64,000 bases of DNA from a virus. This document shows, one piece after another, positions 10,173 to 19,184 of the stretch (positions within the stretch are counted from its first letter, which is position 1; every line of letters begins with the position of its first letter). Both the position numbers and the translations under genes were made by a program. Below the pieces are notes generated by a model. The model was not told where the DNA came from and did no database searches. It saw only the letters and a list, made by a program, of their open reading frames with translations. The stretch spans positions 1-64,000 of the IMG/VR virus record IMGVR_UViG_3300009448_000012; one strand, 5' to 3'.

Positions 10173-10565
10173 ATGCCGAAAATTAGGTTCATTGAGCCGG
10201 CGACGATCGAACATCACGATCGTCGGGAGACGATCAAGGTCGGGACGGTCATGGACGTGACCGAGGCCAGCGCCACGCGTTGGGAACGCCGTGGTAAGGT
10301 CGAGCGGATCGACGAGTATGTCGCGCCGCAGATGCCGTTCACGCCGCCGGCGCCCGCATCGGTCCAGCCGCCCGCGCCAGTCGCACCACCAGCACCACCA
10401 GCACCGCCCGCGCCGCCGGCTCCGGAGCCTGAAGCCGACACGGCCGCGACGCCGGCGCCCGTCGCACCACCAGCACCGCCCGCGCCGCCGGCGCCCGCAC
10501 CGAAGCCGCGCGGCCGCCCGTCCAACAAGCCGGCCGCCGAGGGCTCGGACCCTTTGGCCCAATAG
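10173..10565 (+). CDS. Small head-module protein with Pro/Ala-rich tail
   Basis: ~50 aa globular N-terminus followed by duplicated PAPVAPPAPPAPPAP repeats. Confidence 0.85.
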   Translation: MPKIRFIEPATIEHHDRRETIKVGTVMDVTEASATRWERRGKVERIDEYVAPQMPFTPPAPASVQPPAPVAPPAPPAPPAPPAPEPEADTAATPAPVAPPAPPAPPAPAPKPRGRPSNKPAAEGSDPLAQ

Positions 10566-11197
10566 GCAGCACCTTCCCGGACTGGCGAGGCGAAACGGTC
10601 GCGGTCGTCGCGGCCGGGCAATCTGCCGAAAGCATCATGACCGCGATCACGCCGGGCTCGTTCCGGGTGATCGCGGTCAATCGGTCTTACCAGCTAGTCC
10701 CATGGGCCGAATGCCTGTACGCGGCCGATGCCGGATTTTGGAAGCACTACAAGGCGACCGGCTTCAAGGGCTGGCGCTTCTGTGCTGACGAGACGATCAG
10801 ATACATCGACGCGAGCGTTCACGCGGTCAAGATTGCCCGCGATCCCAAAGATCGCAGGCTGACGGAAATGGTCGCCGGACCGATCGGGACGGTCGGGTTC
10901 GGTGGTAACAGCGGATATCAGGCCGTTAATCTCGCCGCGCAGTTTGGAGCGCGACGGATCTTGCTTGTCGGTTTCGATTATTGCGGGGCGCATTGGCACC
11001 CTGACCACCCGAAGACTTTGCGCAATCCCACGGGCGCGGAATTCAGGCGATGGGCGATGGACCTCGACCGGGCGGCGGGAACGCTGAAGTCATGGGGGAT
11101 CGAGGTCCTGAATCTGTCGCCGGTCAGTAAATTAAGGGCTTTTCCATATGCCGACAGCCGTCTGTTTGATTCGGGACAACGTCCATTATCGGCATGA
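10550..11197 (+). CDS. Maf/DUF115-like glycosyltransferase-like domain; first in-frame ATG is at 10637
   Basis: WRGETVAVVAAGQS, VIAVN, LYAAD..FW, GGNSGYQAVNLA..FGARRILLVGFD. The conserved first strand lies upstream of any start codon (see findings). Confidence 0.7.
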   Translation, partial: PFGPIGSTFPDWRGETVAVVAAGQSAESIMTAITPGSFRVIAVNRSYQLVPWAECLYAADAGFWKHYKATGFKGWRFCADETIRYIDASVHAVKIARDPKDRRLTEMVAGPIGTVGFGGNSGYQAVNLAAQFGARRILLVGFDYCGAHWHPDHPKTLRNPTGAEFRRWAMDLDRAAGTLKSWGIEVLNLSPVSKLRAFPYADSRLFDSGQRPLSA

Positions 11198-11936
11198 TGC
11201 CTTTATTCGCGGCCTTGCCGCGCTCGGGTACACCGTGCGGACGAAGCCGCTCCAGCGCATAGCCGCCGACGACGTCCTGGTGATCTGGAATCGGGGCGCG
11301 CAATTCCAGTTCGAGGCGACCCGCCACACCAAAGCCGGGTCGCCGATCATCGTCGCGGAAAACGGGTACACCGACGCCGTCGACGACCATGGGCATCAGT
11401 GGTTTTCGCTCGCGCTCGACCATCATAACGGCGTCGGGCGCTGGTGGATCGAGGACCAGCCGCGCTTCCCGTCCATGGGCCAAGCCGTGGCGCCGTGGCG
11501 GGCTGAAGGGTCCTTCATCCTGGTGTTGCCGCAACGCGGCATTGGGGCGCCCGGCGTGGCCATGCCGCAGTCTTGGCCGCGCCTGATCGCGCAACGGCTC
11601 GCCAAGGTCACGGCGCGGCCGGTGCGCATCCGCGCGCATCCTGGTCTCAAGTCCTTGGCTAAGCCGCTGGCGCCCGCGCTGGAGGGCTGTCACGCCGTCG
11701 TGACTTGGGGATCAGGCGCGGCGCTGAAAGCGATCATGCTCGGCGTTCCCGCCTTCCACGAACTTCCCGGATGGATCGGCGCGCCGGCCGCGCGCTTCGG
11801 CATCGACCAGGGCGTCGAAAACCCCTTCCTCGGCGATCGCGGTCCGATGCTCGAACGAATGGCATGGTCACAATGGCCGATCGCCGACATCGCCGCCGGG
11901 ACCGCCTTTCGCACCCTTCTGAAATGCAATCACTGA
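11148..11936 (+). CDS. Capsule-synthesis (KpsS/KpsC-like) GT-B glycosyltransferase, paralog 1
   Basis: ENGY, VRIRAHP, VVTWGSGAALKAIMLGVP, C-terminal AWSQW...I..G. Confidence 0.7.
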   Translation: MPTAVCLIRDNVHYRHDAFIRGLAALGYTVRTKPLQRIAADDVLVIWNRGAQFQFEATRHTKAGSPIIVAENGYTDAVDDHGHQWFSLALDHHNGVGRWWIEDQPRFPSMGQAVAPWRAEGSFILVLPQRGIGAPGVAMPQSWPRLIAQRLAKVTARPVRIRAHPGLKSLAKPLAPALEGCHAVVTWGSGAALKAIMLGVPAFHELPGWIGAPAARFGIDQGVENPFLGDRGPMLERMAWSQWPIADIAAGTAFRTLLKCNH

Positions 11937-11982
11937 TATTCGCCGCCGAACCCGTCCACAACCTACAATTGGGGCCCGAACT

Positions 11983-12819
11983 GTGAAAGTTCATTTATTC
12001 GCCGTATCCCGCCACGGCCGCGCCGGACACATCGCCGAGGCGATGCAAACCGGGCTGAAGCGCCACGGCATCGCCGCCGAGATCATCACCGACCAGCGAA
12101 CCGGGCGCGCCGTGCTCGGCGACGTCGCGATCGCGTATGGTTGGGTGCATGAACCCGTCTTCACCGCGTACCGGCACGCCGGCGCCCACTATGCTTATTT
12201 CGATATGGGCTATTTCAACCGGAAGCCGTCGAAGGACAAGGGCGGGTCCCGCGACGGTCATCACCGGCTCGCCGTGAACAGTTGGGACACCGCCGACACA
12301 ATGCGGACCCTGTGTCCATCCGACCGATGGGACGCGCTCGGGATCGAGGTCGCGCCCAATCGCGAGCAGCACGCCGGCGCGGTCCTGGTGTGCGGCATGT
12401 CCGAGAAGGCGGCCGGGACGCATGGGTTCCGGCCGGGTCAATGGGAAGCCGAGACCGTCGCGACCTTGCGCGCGGCGTTCCCGACGACCGAGATCGTCGA
12501 CCGACCTAAGCCCGCGAACCTGGACGCCGGCGAGCCGATCGCCGAGGTCCTGAAGCGGACGGCGATCGTCGTCAGCCACCATTCGAACGTCGCGGTCGAC
12601 GCCCTGGTCGCCGGCGTGCCGACCTATGCGCGAAAGGGCGTCGGCAAGCTGGTGTCGTGCTCGAACCCGGTGGACGCGGTCCGCATGATGGGGCCGATCG
12701 TCGCCGAGCCGATGCGCCGCCAGATCCTCGCCGACGTCGCATACGCGCAATGGTCGCCGCCGGAGATGCGCACCGGAGCGGCGTGGTCTCACATTCGGAG
12801 CCTGATCGATGCACAATGA
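11983..12819 (+). CDS. KpsS/KpsC-like glycosyltransferase, paralog 2
   Basis: DMGYF, DRPKP, VVSHHSNVAVDALVAGVP, AYAQWS..EM..G. Confidence 0.7.
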   Translation: MKVHLFAVSRHGRAGHIAEAMQTGLKRHGIAAEIITDQRTGRAVLGDVAIAYGWVHEPVFTAYRHAGAHYAYFDMGYFNRKPSKDKGGSRDGHHRLAVNSWDTADTMRTLCPSDRWDALGIEVAPNREQHAGAVLVCGMSEKAAGTHGFRPGQWEAETVATLRAAFPTTEIVDRPKPANLDAGEPIAEVLKRTAIVVSHHSNVAVDALVAGVPTYARKGVGKLVSCSNPVDAVRMMGPIVAEPMRRQILADVAYAQWSPPEMRTGAAWSHIRSLIDAQ

Positions 12820-13135
12820 CAATCCAGCGCCGCCGGCGGCCGGAGCGCCCGCGCGCGGGTACGCGATGGCCTTCACGCCCACGCGGCTCCAGCGGTTCTT
12901 GCGCGCCCTTGGGTTCGATCGCGGCGCGGTCCCGGACTTGCCGGTCGACGTAACCGACCGGTTACCGTGTTGGGCGACAACCGAGACGCATATCCGGTTC
13001 GACTTCCTCGACCGGGTTCGCCTGCTCGTGACCGGCCGGCTGTTCGTGAAGGCGCTCCACGCGATGGAGCACGATCCCGGCGAGGTGGTCACGCGGTCGG
13101 CGGTTTCCGTGAGGTGGACCGATGCTCGTCCATAA
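12809..13135 (+). CDS. Hypothetical protein
   Basis: Overlaps both neighbours within the operon. Confidence 0.5.
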   Translation: MHNDNPAPPAAGAPARGYAMAFTPTRLQRFLRALGFDRGAVPDLPVDVTDRLPCWATTETHIRFDFLDRVRLLVTGRLFVKALHAMEHDPGEVVTRSAVSVRWTDARP

Positions 13136-13358
13136 TCGGTCGCGCTCGCCGGCGCGGGTCCAGCTCGACCGCGACTTCATCGACGGCAAGTTCGACGACG
13201 ACTTGTCGCGCTACACCAGCCTGTCGCGCGACCTGGACGCGCTCGAAGGCGCGAAGGACTTCATCGACGCCCGTCGTGACCGCCGGCGCGGTTATTGGGC
13301 GATCGGCGGGCTTGCCGTCTGCATTCTAATCGCTCTCAAGATTTTGGTGACGCTATGA
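13122..13358 (+). CDS. Small protein with C-terminal transmembrane helix
   Basis: YWAIGGLAVCILIALKILVTL; stop overlaps the next ATG. Confidence 0.6.
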   Translation: MLVHNRSRSPARVQLDRDFIDGKFDDDLSRYTSLSRDLDALEGAKDFIDARRDRRRGYWAIGGLAVCILIALKILVTL

Positions 13359-14221
13359 AATTCGCCTTCTATGTCTCGACCGGCAAAAGCCGGGAAGCGC
13401 CGCTTCGCGACGCCTGGACCGCCGGCGCGGCCGCGCTCGGCGACGAACTGGTGGTGACGTCGAACGATGTCGCGGCGCCGATCGACGCCGACGTCGCGGT
13501 GATGGTCGGACTCAAGTCCATCGACCTGCGCGAAGCGTGCAAGGCGGCGGGTCAGCGCGTGCTGATCTTCGACAAGGGGTATGACCGGAAAGAGGATTGG
13601 TGGCGCGTCTCGATCGATGCGCACCAGCCGACCGACTATCTGACCAAGCTGGTCCGCCCGCGCGCGCGCATGGACAAATGCGGGTGGAACCCGAAACCGT
13701 GGCGCGCGCCGACGCCTGACGGGCATGTGATCATCGCCGGCGGCGGCCGCAAATACTATGACGCCCACGATCTTCCGGACCCGGCGGACTACATCGCCGG
13801 CGTCGTGGCGGACCTGCGCGCGGCCGGCTGCTCGCGCCGGATCTGGTATCGCCCCAAGCCGTCGATGGCGGACGTTGCGCCGGTTGCCGACACGACGCTG
13901 TCGCGGCACAAGTCGATTTATGATCTGCTGAAGGGGGCTCACGTCCTGGTCACGTTCGGCTCGAACGCGTGCTTCGAAGCGGTGCTGGCCGGAATACCGT
14001 CGATCGTCACCGGCGACGCGGTGATGCGCCCGATCTCGTCCACACGGCTTGACGAGATCGAGGCGCCTCACTTAGCAGACGACGGGGGGCGTCTTTCGCT
14101 GCTGTCGAGCTTAGCATACTGCCAATTCCGGTTAAGCGAAATCTCGCAAGGTTGGGGCGTTCATGAAATTAAAGCGCAATTACAAGAAATTGTACGAAAC
14201 GCACCACACGAACAACCCTAA
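13355..14221 (+). CDS. KpsS/KpsC-like glycosyltransferase, paralog 3
   Basis: DKGY, WYRPKP, LVTFGSNACFEAVLAGIP, LAYCQF..EI..G. Confidence 0.7.
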   Translation: MKFAFYVSTGKSREAPLRDAWTAGAAALGDELVVTSNDVAAPIDADVAVMVGLKSIDLREACKAAGQRVLIFDKGYDRKEDWWRVSIDAHQPTDYLTKLVRPRARMDKCGWNPKPWRAPTPDGHVIIAGGGRKYYDAHDLPDPADYIAGVVADLRAAGCSRRIWYRPKPSMADVAPVADTTLSRHKSIYDLLKGAHVLVTFGSNACFEAVLAGIPSIVTGDAVMRPISSTRLDEIEAPHLADDGGRLSLLSSLAYCQFRLSEISQGWGVHEIKAQLQEIVRNAPHEQP

Positions 14222-14690
14222 ACACTTCTCCGGAAACATTGGCGAGCTTCAGGTTCTCGAAATAAAGAGCCTTGTCGATTGGGCTCAACCTGACCGTTTG
14301 TTAGATTACGGGTCGGGAAAGGGTTTCCAATACCTGAAGCAACGTCGGCATGAACAATGGGGCGGCCTGCTGCCCCATTGCTACGACCCCGGCGTGATCC
14401 AGATCAGCACCAAGCCGCCGGGCGTTTTCGGCGGCGTCATTTGCACGGACGTTCTAGAGCACATCGACGCCGACGACCTCGACATGATCCTTGCTGACAT
14501 CATGTCGTCGATTGCCAAGACCGGGCGCGCCTTCGCCTATTTCCACATCAGCACGCGCCCGGCCGGGAAGACGTTCGAGGACGGCGAGAACGTCCATCTG
14601 ACCGTCGAGCCGCCGGCATGGTGGGAACAGAAGCTTCAGCGGTTCGTCACGCGGTCAGATTTCAGGATAAGAGCGACCTATGGGGATTAG
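14163..14690 (+). CDS. Class I SAM-dependent methyltransferase
   Basis: LLDYGSGKG, YDP, ICTDVLEHI, HLTV...WW. Confidence 0.85.
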   Translation: MKLKRNYKKLYETHHTNNPKHFSGNIGELQVLEIKSLVDWAQPDRLLDYGSGKGFQYLKQRRHEQWGGLLPHCYDPGVIQISTKPPGVFGGVICTDVLEHIDADDLDMILADIMSSIAKTGRAFAYFHISTRPAGKTFEDGENVHLTVEPPAWWEQKLQRFVTRSDFRIRATYGD

Positions 14691-15492
14691 ACTGGTCATG
14701 ACCTGTCACGCCGAGGGCTGGCGCGACTATGGTCGGAAGATGGTTCAGACCTTCGTCGAGCACTGGCCGGCGGCCGCGACGCTCAACGTTTACGCGGAAG
14801 GCTTTTCGGTTGACGTCCAGGCGCCGAACGTTTTCGAACGCCGGCTTCCCGCTTGGCATGACGCCTGGAAAGCGCGACACGCCGAGAACCCGGACGCACA
14901 CGGGACCGACCCGCGCCGGTTCGGCGCGACCGATAAGCGCAAGGGCAAGGGATACAGCTACAGGCGCGATTGCGTGCGGTTCTCGCACAAGGTCGCGGCG
15001 CTGACCGACACCGCGCTGGAGTGCCGCGCGGCCGCGCCCGGCCTGCTGATCATGGTCGACGCCGACGTCATCACGCACGCCGGCGTGACGCTCGAATGGT
15101 TGAACCAGATCTTCCCGGACCCGGCGAGCTATCTGGCATGGCTCGACCGCGCGTCGTGGTATCCGGAATGCGGGTTCGTGATCTTCCGCGAAACGCATCC
15201 GGGTCACGACTGGTTCATGCGCGCGTTCCGATCCACCTATGAGACCGACGCCGTCTTCACCCTGTCCGAGACGCACGACAGCTTTGTTCTTCAGCAACTC
15301 GTCACCGACGCGGTCCGGTGCGGCAAGATCCCGGCGCCGTTCGGCCTGTCGAGCAAGGTCGGCAAGCGGTCGTCTCACCCCTTCGTCTATTCCCGCCTTG
15401 CCGAACGCCTTGACCACGCCAAGGGCAAGTTCAAGGTGGAGGGGCGGACGCCGAAAGGATACGTCCGCCGCACCGAGGCGCATTGGCTTTAG
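14680..15492 (+). CDS. GT-A fold glycosyltransferase
   Basis: RFSHKV, DxD motif (MVDAD), ECGF, HDSFV, DHAKG. Confidence 0.75.
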   Translation: MGIRLVMTCHAEGWRDYGRKMVQTFVEHWPAAATLNVYAEGFSVDVQAPNVFERRLPAWHDAWKARHAENPDAHGTDPRRFGATDKRKGKGYSYRRDCVRFSHKVAALTDTALECRAAAPGLLIMVDADVITHAGVTLEWLNQIFPDPASYLAWLDRASWYPECGFVIFRETHPGHDWFMRAFRSTYETDAVFTLSETHDSFVLQQLVTDAVRCGKIPAPFGLSSKVGKRSSHPFVYSRLAERLDHAKGKFKVEGRTPKGYVRRTEAHWL

Positions 15493-16022
15493 ATCTTGAC
15501 GAAGACGTGTTTCCGCCGGTTTCCGGACTTGCCTAATCGGTCGACCAGTCGGAAACCGGCGTCGACGAAGTCCTTCGCCTGGATCTCGTTAAACGGTTCG
15601 TCGTCGGGTCGGAAATCGGTGATGATTAATCCGCCCGATCTCAGCGATCGTTGCGCAAGGGGGATGTATTCCGACACCGGGTAATGCGTCCCCCAAGACT
15701 TGAACGACGTGATCAGGTCGACCGGTATGGTCAGGTCAGGGTTCTGAACGAACGCTTCGACAGGACAGTCGAGATGGATGTCAGCAAATGCTTTCGCGTC
15801 GGCGACGTTGTTCCATGCCAAGGCGCCTTCGCGATAGTCGTGAAAGATTTCACCGGAGCCGTCGCCGTCCATGAGAGCAAGATATTTGACCCGGCAATAT
15901 CGCGCGATGACAACGCTATGCACGCCGGATGCGCAACCGATGTCGAGCATCGAACCCGGTTTGTATTCGTCCAGGATCGGGCGGATGTGCTCCAGTAGCT
16001 TTTCGGAAAGTCTGGTGTTCAT
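15489..16022 (-). CDS. SAM-dependent methyltransferase, antisense to the late operon
   Basis: MLDIGCASG, LMDGD, DLITSFKSWGTHYP; GAGGA RBS before ATG 16022. Confidence 0.8.
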   Translation of the reverse strand: MNTRLSEKLLEHIRPILDEYKPGSMLDIGCASGVHSVVIARYCRVKYLALMDGDGSGEIFHDYREGALAWNNVADAKAFADIHLDCPVEAFVQNPDLTIPVDLITSFKSWGTHYPVSEYIPLAQRSLRSGGLIITDFRPDDEPFNEIQAKDFVDAGFRLVDRLGKSGNRRKHVFVKI

Positions 16023-16058
16023 GTGTCCTCGGTTTATGTGAAAGGGCAGGGTCGCAAA

Positions 16059-16670
16059 ATGAAATACCCCAAGACGGACGGCAAGGCGAAGCGGATCATC
16101 CGGAGCGGTGTCCCTTACCAGGGCGACCGGCTGGCGGCCGCCCTGCCCTTCCTGCGCGGGCGAAGGCGCGCGCTGGACATCGGGGCGCATATCGGCCTTT
16201 GGGCCGTCCAGCTCGCGCCGGTGTTCGCTAAGGTGGCATGCTTCGAGCCGCACCGCGCGAGCGCGGCCGCGCTGTGCGAGAACGTCGCGGACCTGGAGAA
16301 CGTCGAGACTTGGGAAGCGGCGGTGGGCGACGTCCTCGGCGTGCGCGGGCTGGTGCAAGACGGGCTCGCCGCGCATCTCGACGACGACGGTCCGATGAAA
16401 GTCTCGGTCGTGCGGCTCGACGACATTTGCGAGCGGTACGGTTGGGACGACGTCGACTTCATCAAGATGGACGTCGAAGGGTTCGAATATTTCGTGCTGC
16501 TCGGCGGCGAAAAGATGATCCGCGCGCAACGGCCGGTGATCGTGCTGGAGCAAAAGCACGACGGCCGGTATGGTGTGGACAAGCTCGCCGCGATATCGCT
16601 GCTTCAGCGATGGGGCGCAACCCTGGAATGGCGAATGAAACACGACTATTGCTTGAGGTGGAAGCGATGA
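16059..16670 (+). CDS. FkbM-family methyltransferase
   Basis: ALDIGAHIGLW, CFEP, RLDD, DFIKMDVEGFE, RPVIVLE. Confidence 0.9.
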   Translation: MKYPKTDGKAKRIIRSGVPYQGDRLAAALPFLRGRRRALDIGAHIGLWAVQLAPVFAKVACFEPHRASAAALCENVADLENVETWEAAVGDVLGVRGLVQDGLAAHLDDDGPMKVSVVRLDDICERYGWDDVDFIKMDVEGFEYFVLLGGEKMIRAQRPVIVLEQKHDGRYGVDKLAAISLLQRWGATLEWRMKHDYCLRWKR

Positions 16671-16927
16671 AGCATGCGCGCGCGGATTATGACCGCATCC
16701 AAGATCCCGCCGGTCTGATCCCTGATGACGAACCGGTTTTCCTGATCCGTGGTCAGGACCTCGCCGCGCCCGACACCCTTCGCGCCTACGCGATGAACGC
16801 TCACGTCGCCGGCGCGGCGAACGACATCGTGATGGCGACGCTCGATCAGGCGCGCGCCATGGAACAGTGGCAACGCGAGCGCGCGCAAGACGCCGGACCT
16901 CGCCGTCGAAAGCGGGACCCTGTGACC
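16667..16927 (+). CDS. Small phage domain (DEPVFLIRGQD), read in frame into the downstream FkbM gene
   Basis: ATGA start; no in-frame stop before the ATG at 16928. Confidence 0.6.
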
Positions 16928-17620
16928 ATGACCGGACAAACCATCATTGCCGGAATCTCGGTCCCGCTCGGCGACACGCACTTCGGCGACCATCTCGCGC
17001 AAAGCCCGCTGTTCGCCGGCAAGGGGACTTACCAGTTCGCCAAGATCGAGAAGGCGCTGGCGGTCTCACCACACCGGCGCGGTGTCGCGCTCGATGTCGG
17101 CGGGCACATCGGCCTATGGTCGCGCGTGCTCGCACATCACTTCAAGACGGTGATCGCGCTGGAGCCGCTTCCCGCGCTGATCCCGCATTTCCGGTTCAAC
17201 ACCGACGACTGTCCGAACGTCCGCCTCTATGAGGTCGCGGCCGGCGCCGAGAACGACGACATCATGATCGTCACGGTCGCCAGTAATTCCGGGAACGGGC
17301 ACGTCGCGCCGCCGGGCGCGGTCGCCGATGTCAATGTTCACCGCACGCAATCGGTCCGCCTGGATTCGCTCAACCTTCATAACGTCGACCTGATCAAGAT
17401 CGACGTCGAAGGTTGGGAATTGCGGGTCGTCGAAGGCGCGGTGAAGACCATCATGCGGGACAAACCCGTCATGGTGGTCGAGCAGAAACCGAACAACGCC
17501 GAGCGGTACGGCGTGAAGCAGCGCGCGGCCGTCGACCTGCTCGCGTCGTGGGGATATGTCGTCGCGTGGGAAAAGGCGGGCGACGTGTGCATGACGCATC
17601 CGGGCGCGGTGGCGGCGTAA
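16928..17620 (+). CDS. FkbM-family methyltransferase
   Basis: ALDVGGHIGLW, LEP, RLDSL, DLIKIDVEGWE, KPVMVVE. Confidence 0.9.
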   Translation: MTGQTIIAGISVPLGDTHFGDHLAQSPLFAGKGTYQFAKIEKALAVSPHRRGVALDVGGHIGLWSRVLAHHFKTVIALEPLPALIPHFRFNTDDCPNVRLYEVAAGAENDDIMIVTVASNSGNGHVAPPGAVADVNVHRTQSVRLDSLNLHNVDLIKIDVEGWELRVVEGAVKTIMRDKPVMVVEQKPNNAERYGVKQRAAVDLLASWGYVVAWEKAGDVCMTHPGAVAA

Positions 17621-18360
17621 TGCGCGAGTCGATCTTCATCGGGTTCGATCGCCGGCATGCCGTCGCCTTGGCGGTGTGCCGGCACAGCATCGAACGGCGC
17701 CTGTCGCGCAAGATTCCGATCAGGGGGATCGCGCTCGACGAAGTCCGCGCCATGGGCCTTTACAGGCGACCGACCGAGACGCGCCCGACCGAAGACGGCG
17801 AGCATGTCCAGCTATGGGACACGATCAGCGAATTCGGCATGTCGACGGAATTCGCGATCAGCCGGTTCCTGACCCCGCATCTCGCCGGCGGCGGGCTCGC
17901 GCTGTTCATGGATTGCGACATGGCGGCCAGAGTGGACCTTGCGCGGCTGTTCGACCTGTACGACCCGCGATATGCAGTCATGTGCGTGAAGCACCGCCAC
18001 GAGCCGCCGGAAGGCGTCAAGATGGACGGGCAAGCGCAAGTCCGGTACACGCGGAAAAACTGGTCGTCGGTCATGCTGTTCAACTGCGATCATCCCGCGA
18101 ACGCCGGGCTGACCGTGGGGCTGATCAACAGCGTCGCCGGCCGCGACCTTCACCGGTTTTGCTGGTTGCCTGACGACCTGATCGGCGAACTGCATCCGCG
18201 TTGGAACCATCTGGTCGGGCATACCGTGTTGCACGAACCGCCTTCCGACACGAACCCGGCGGTGATCCATTGGACGGACGGTTATCCGCTGCTGAAGGGG
18301 TACGAAAGCGCCGATTTCGCCGATGTCTTTCACGCCGAACTGACGAGTTGGGCGAAATAG
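17620..18360 (+). CDS. GT8/CDI-like nucleotide-diphospho-sugar transferase
   Basis: IFIGFD, STEFAISRFL.P, FMDCD (DxD), RKNWSSVMLFNC.HP, WNHLVG, IHWTDG.P. Confidence 0.85.
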   Translation: MRESIFIGFDRRHAVALAVCRHSIERRLSRKIPIRGIALDEVRAMGLYRRPTETRPTEDGEHVQLWDTISEFGMSTEFAISRFLTPHLAGGGLALFMDCDMAARVDLARLFDLYDPRYAVMCVKHRHEPPEGVKMDGQAQVRYTRKNWSSVMLFNCDHPANAGLTVGLINSVAGRDLHRFCWLPDDLIGELHPRWNHLVGHTVLHEPPSDTNPAVIHWTDGYPLLKGYESADFADVFHAELTSWAK

Positions 18361-18494
18361 TAAAAACGCATTCGCTTTCGGGAACGGGCGAAATCGACTA
18401 AGATGGTGCCGCGATCGGCGGCGCTCGATATACAGCGCCCGACGCCCTGTGTTATACATTTCGCAGAAAGCGATTTTCTGCGAGGTGCTGTGCT

Positions 18495-19175
18495 GTGCTC
18501 GAAGTGATTGATCCGCCGGCTGATCGGATTGTCAGCCTCGCCGAGATGAAGCAGCATTTGCGCGTCGATCACACCGACGACGATCAGGTGATCGACGCCT
18601 ATATGCTCGCCGCCGAGGGTCGGATTGACGGGCCTTGGGGGATCACCGGCCGGGCGTTCCGGCCGCAAACCTACCGCTATTCGATCCCGAACTTTCTCAG
18701 CTCGATTCCGCTTCCGTTCCCGCCGCTGATCGAGGTCGTCAGCCTCGACTATCTCGACGACCAGGGCAATCCGCAAAACTTTGCCGAGGCGGGTCAGTGG
18801 CGCGCGATCGGCGTCGGCAATGAGCAGGGCGGCGCGATCGTCCCGCTGTCCGGCGTGACATGGCCTTCCGTGCTGGCCACCAGCGACCCCGATAAGGTCC
18901 GTGTGACCTTCACGGCCGGATACTATCGCGCGGGCTCACCGGAGAACGACGCGGTCCCGCCGACGATCAAGGCGGCGGTCAAGCTGATGGTCGGTGACTG
19001 GTATGAGCACCGCACGTCGTCGGTAATCGGCACGGTCGCGGGACCGACGCCGCACGGCGTCGAAATGCTGATCGCGCCCTTCAAGATTTACGGCGCATAC
19101 TTCGCCTATGATCCGGCGGCCGCCGGCGCGGTCTATTCCGAGGCATGGGAAGGCTTCGGTTGTTCAGCCTGCTAG
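18495..19175 (+). CDS. Head-tail connector (gp6/phiE125 gp8-like)
   Basis: VSLAEMKQHLRVD..DDD, FTAGY, VPPTIKAAVKLMVGDWYEHR. Confidence 0.92.
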   Translation: MLEVIDPPADRIVSLAEMKQHLRVDHTDDDQVIDAYMLAAEGRIDGPWGITGRAFRPQTYRYSIPNFLSSIPLPFPPLIEVVSLDYLDDQGNPQNFAEAGQWRAIGVGNEQGGAIVPLSGVTWPSVLATSDPDKVRVTFTAGYYRAGSPENDAVPPTIKAAVKLMVGDWYEHRTSSVIGTVAGPTPHGVEMLIAPFKIYGAYFAYDPAAAGAVYSEAWEGFGCSAC

Positions 19176-19184
19176 GGGGACGTC

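Noticed and set aside
16023-16643. N-terminal half of the 384 aa ORF 15489..16643 and the start of ORF 16238..17620
   Set aside because: Both overlap the FkbM gene. Starts with better support are at 16022 and 16667/16928.
10550-18360. DNA hypermodification as the role of the GT/MTase cluster
   Set aside because: No hydroxymethylase, TET/JBP or nucleotide kinase gene is seen in the window, and the cluster lies among late structural genes. Not fully excluded, because the genome may extend beyond the window.
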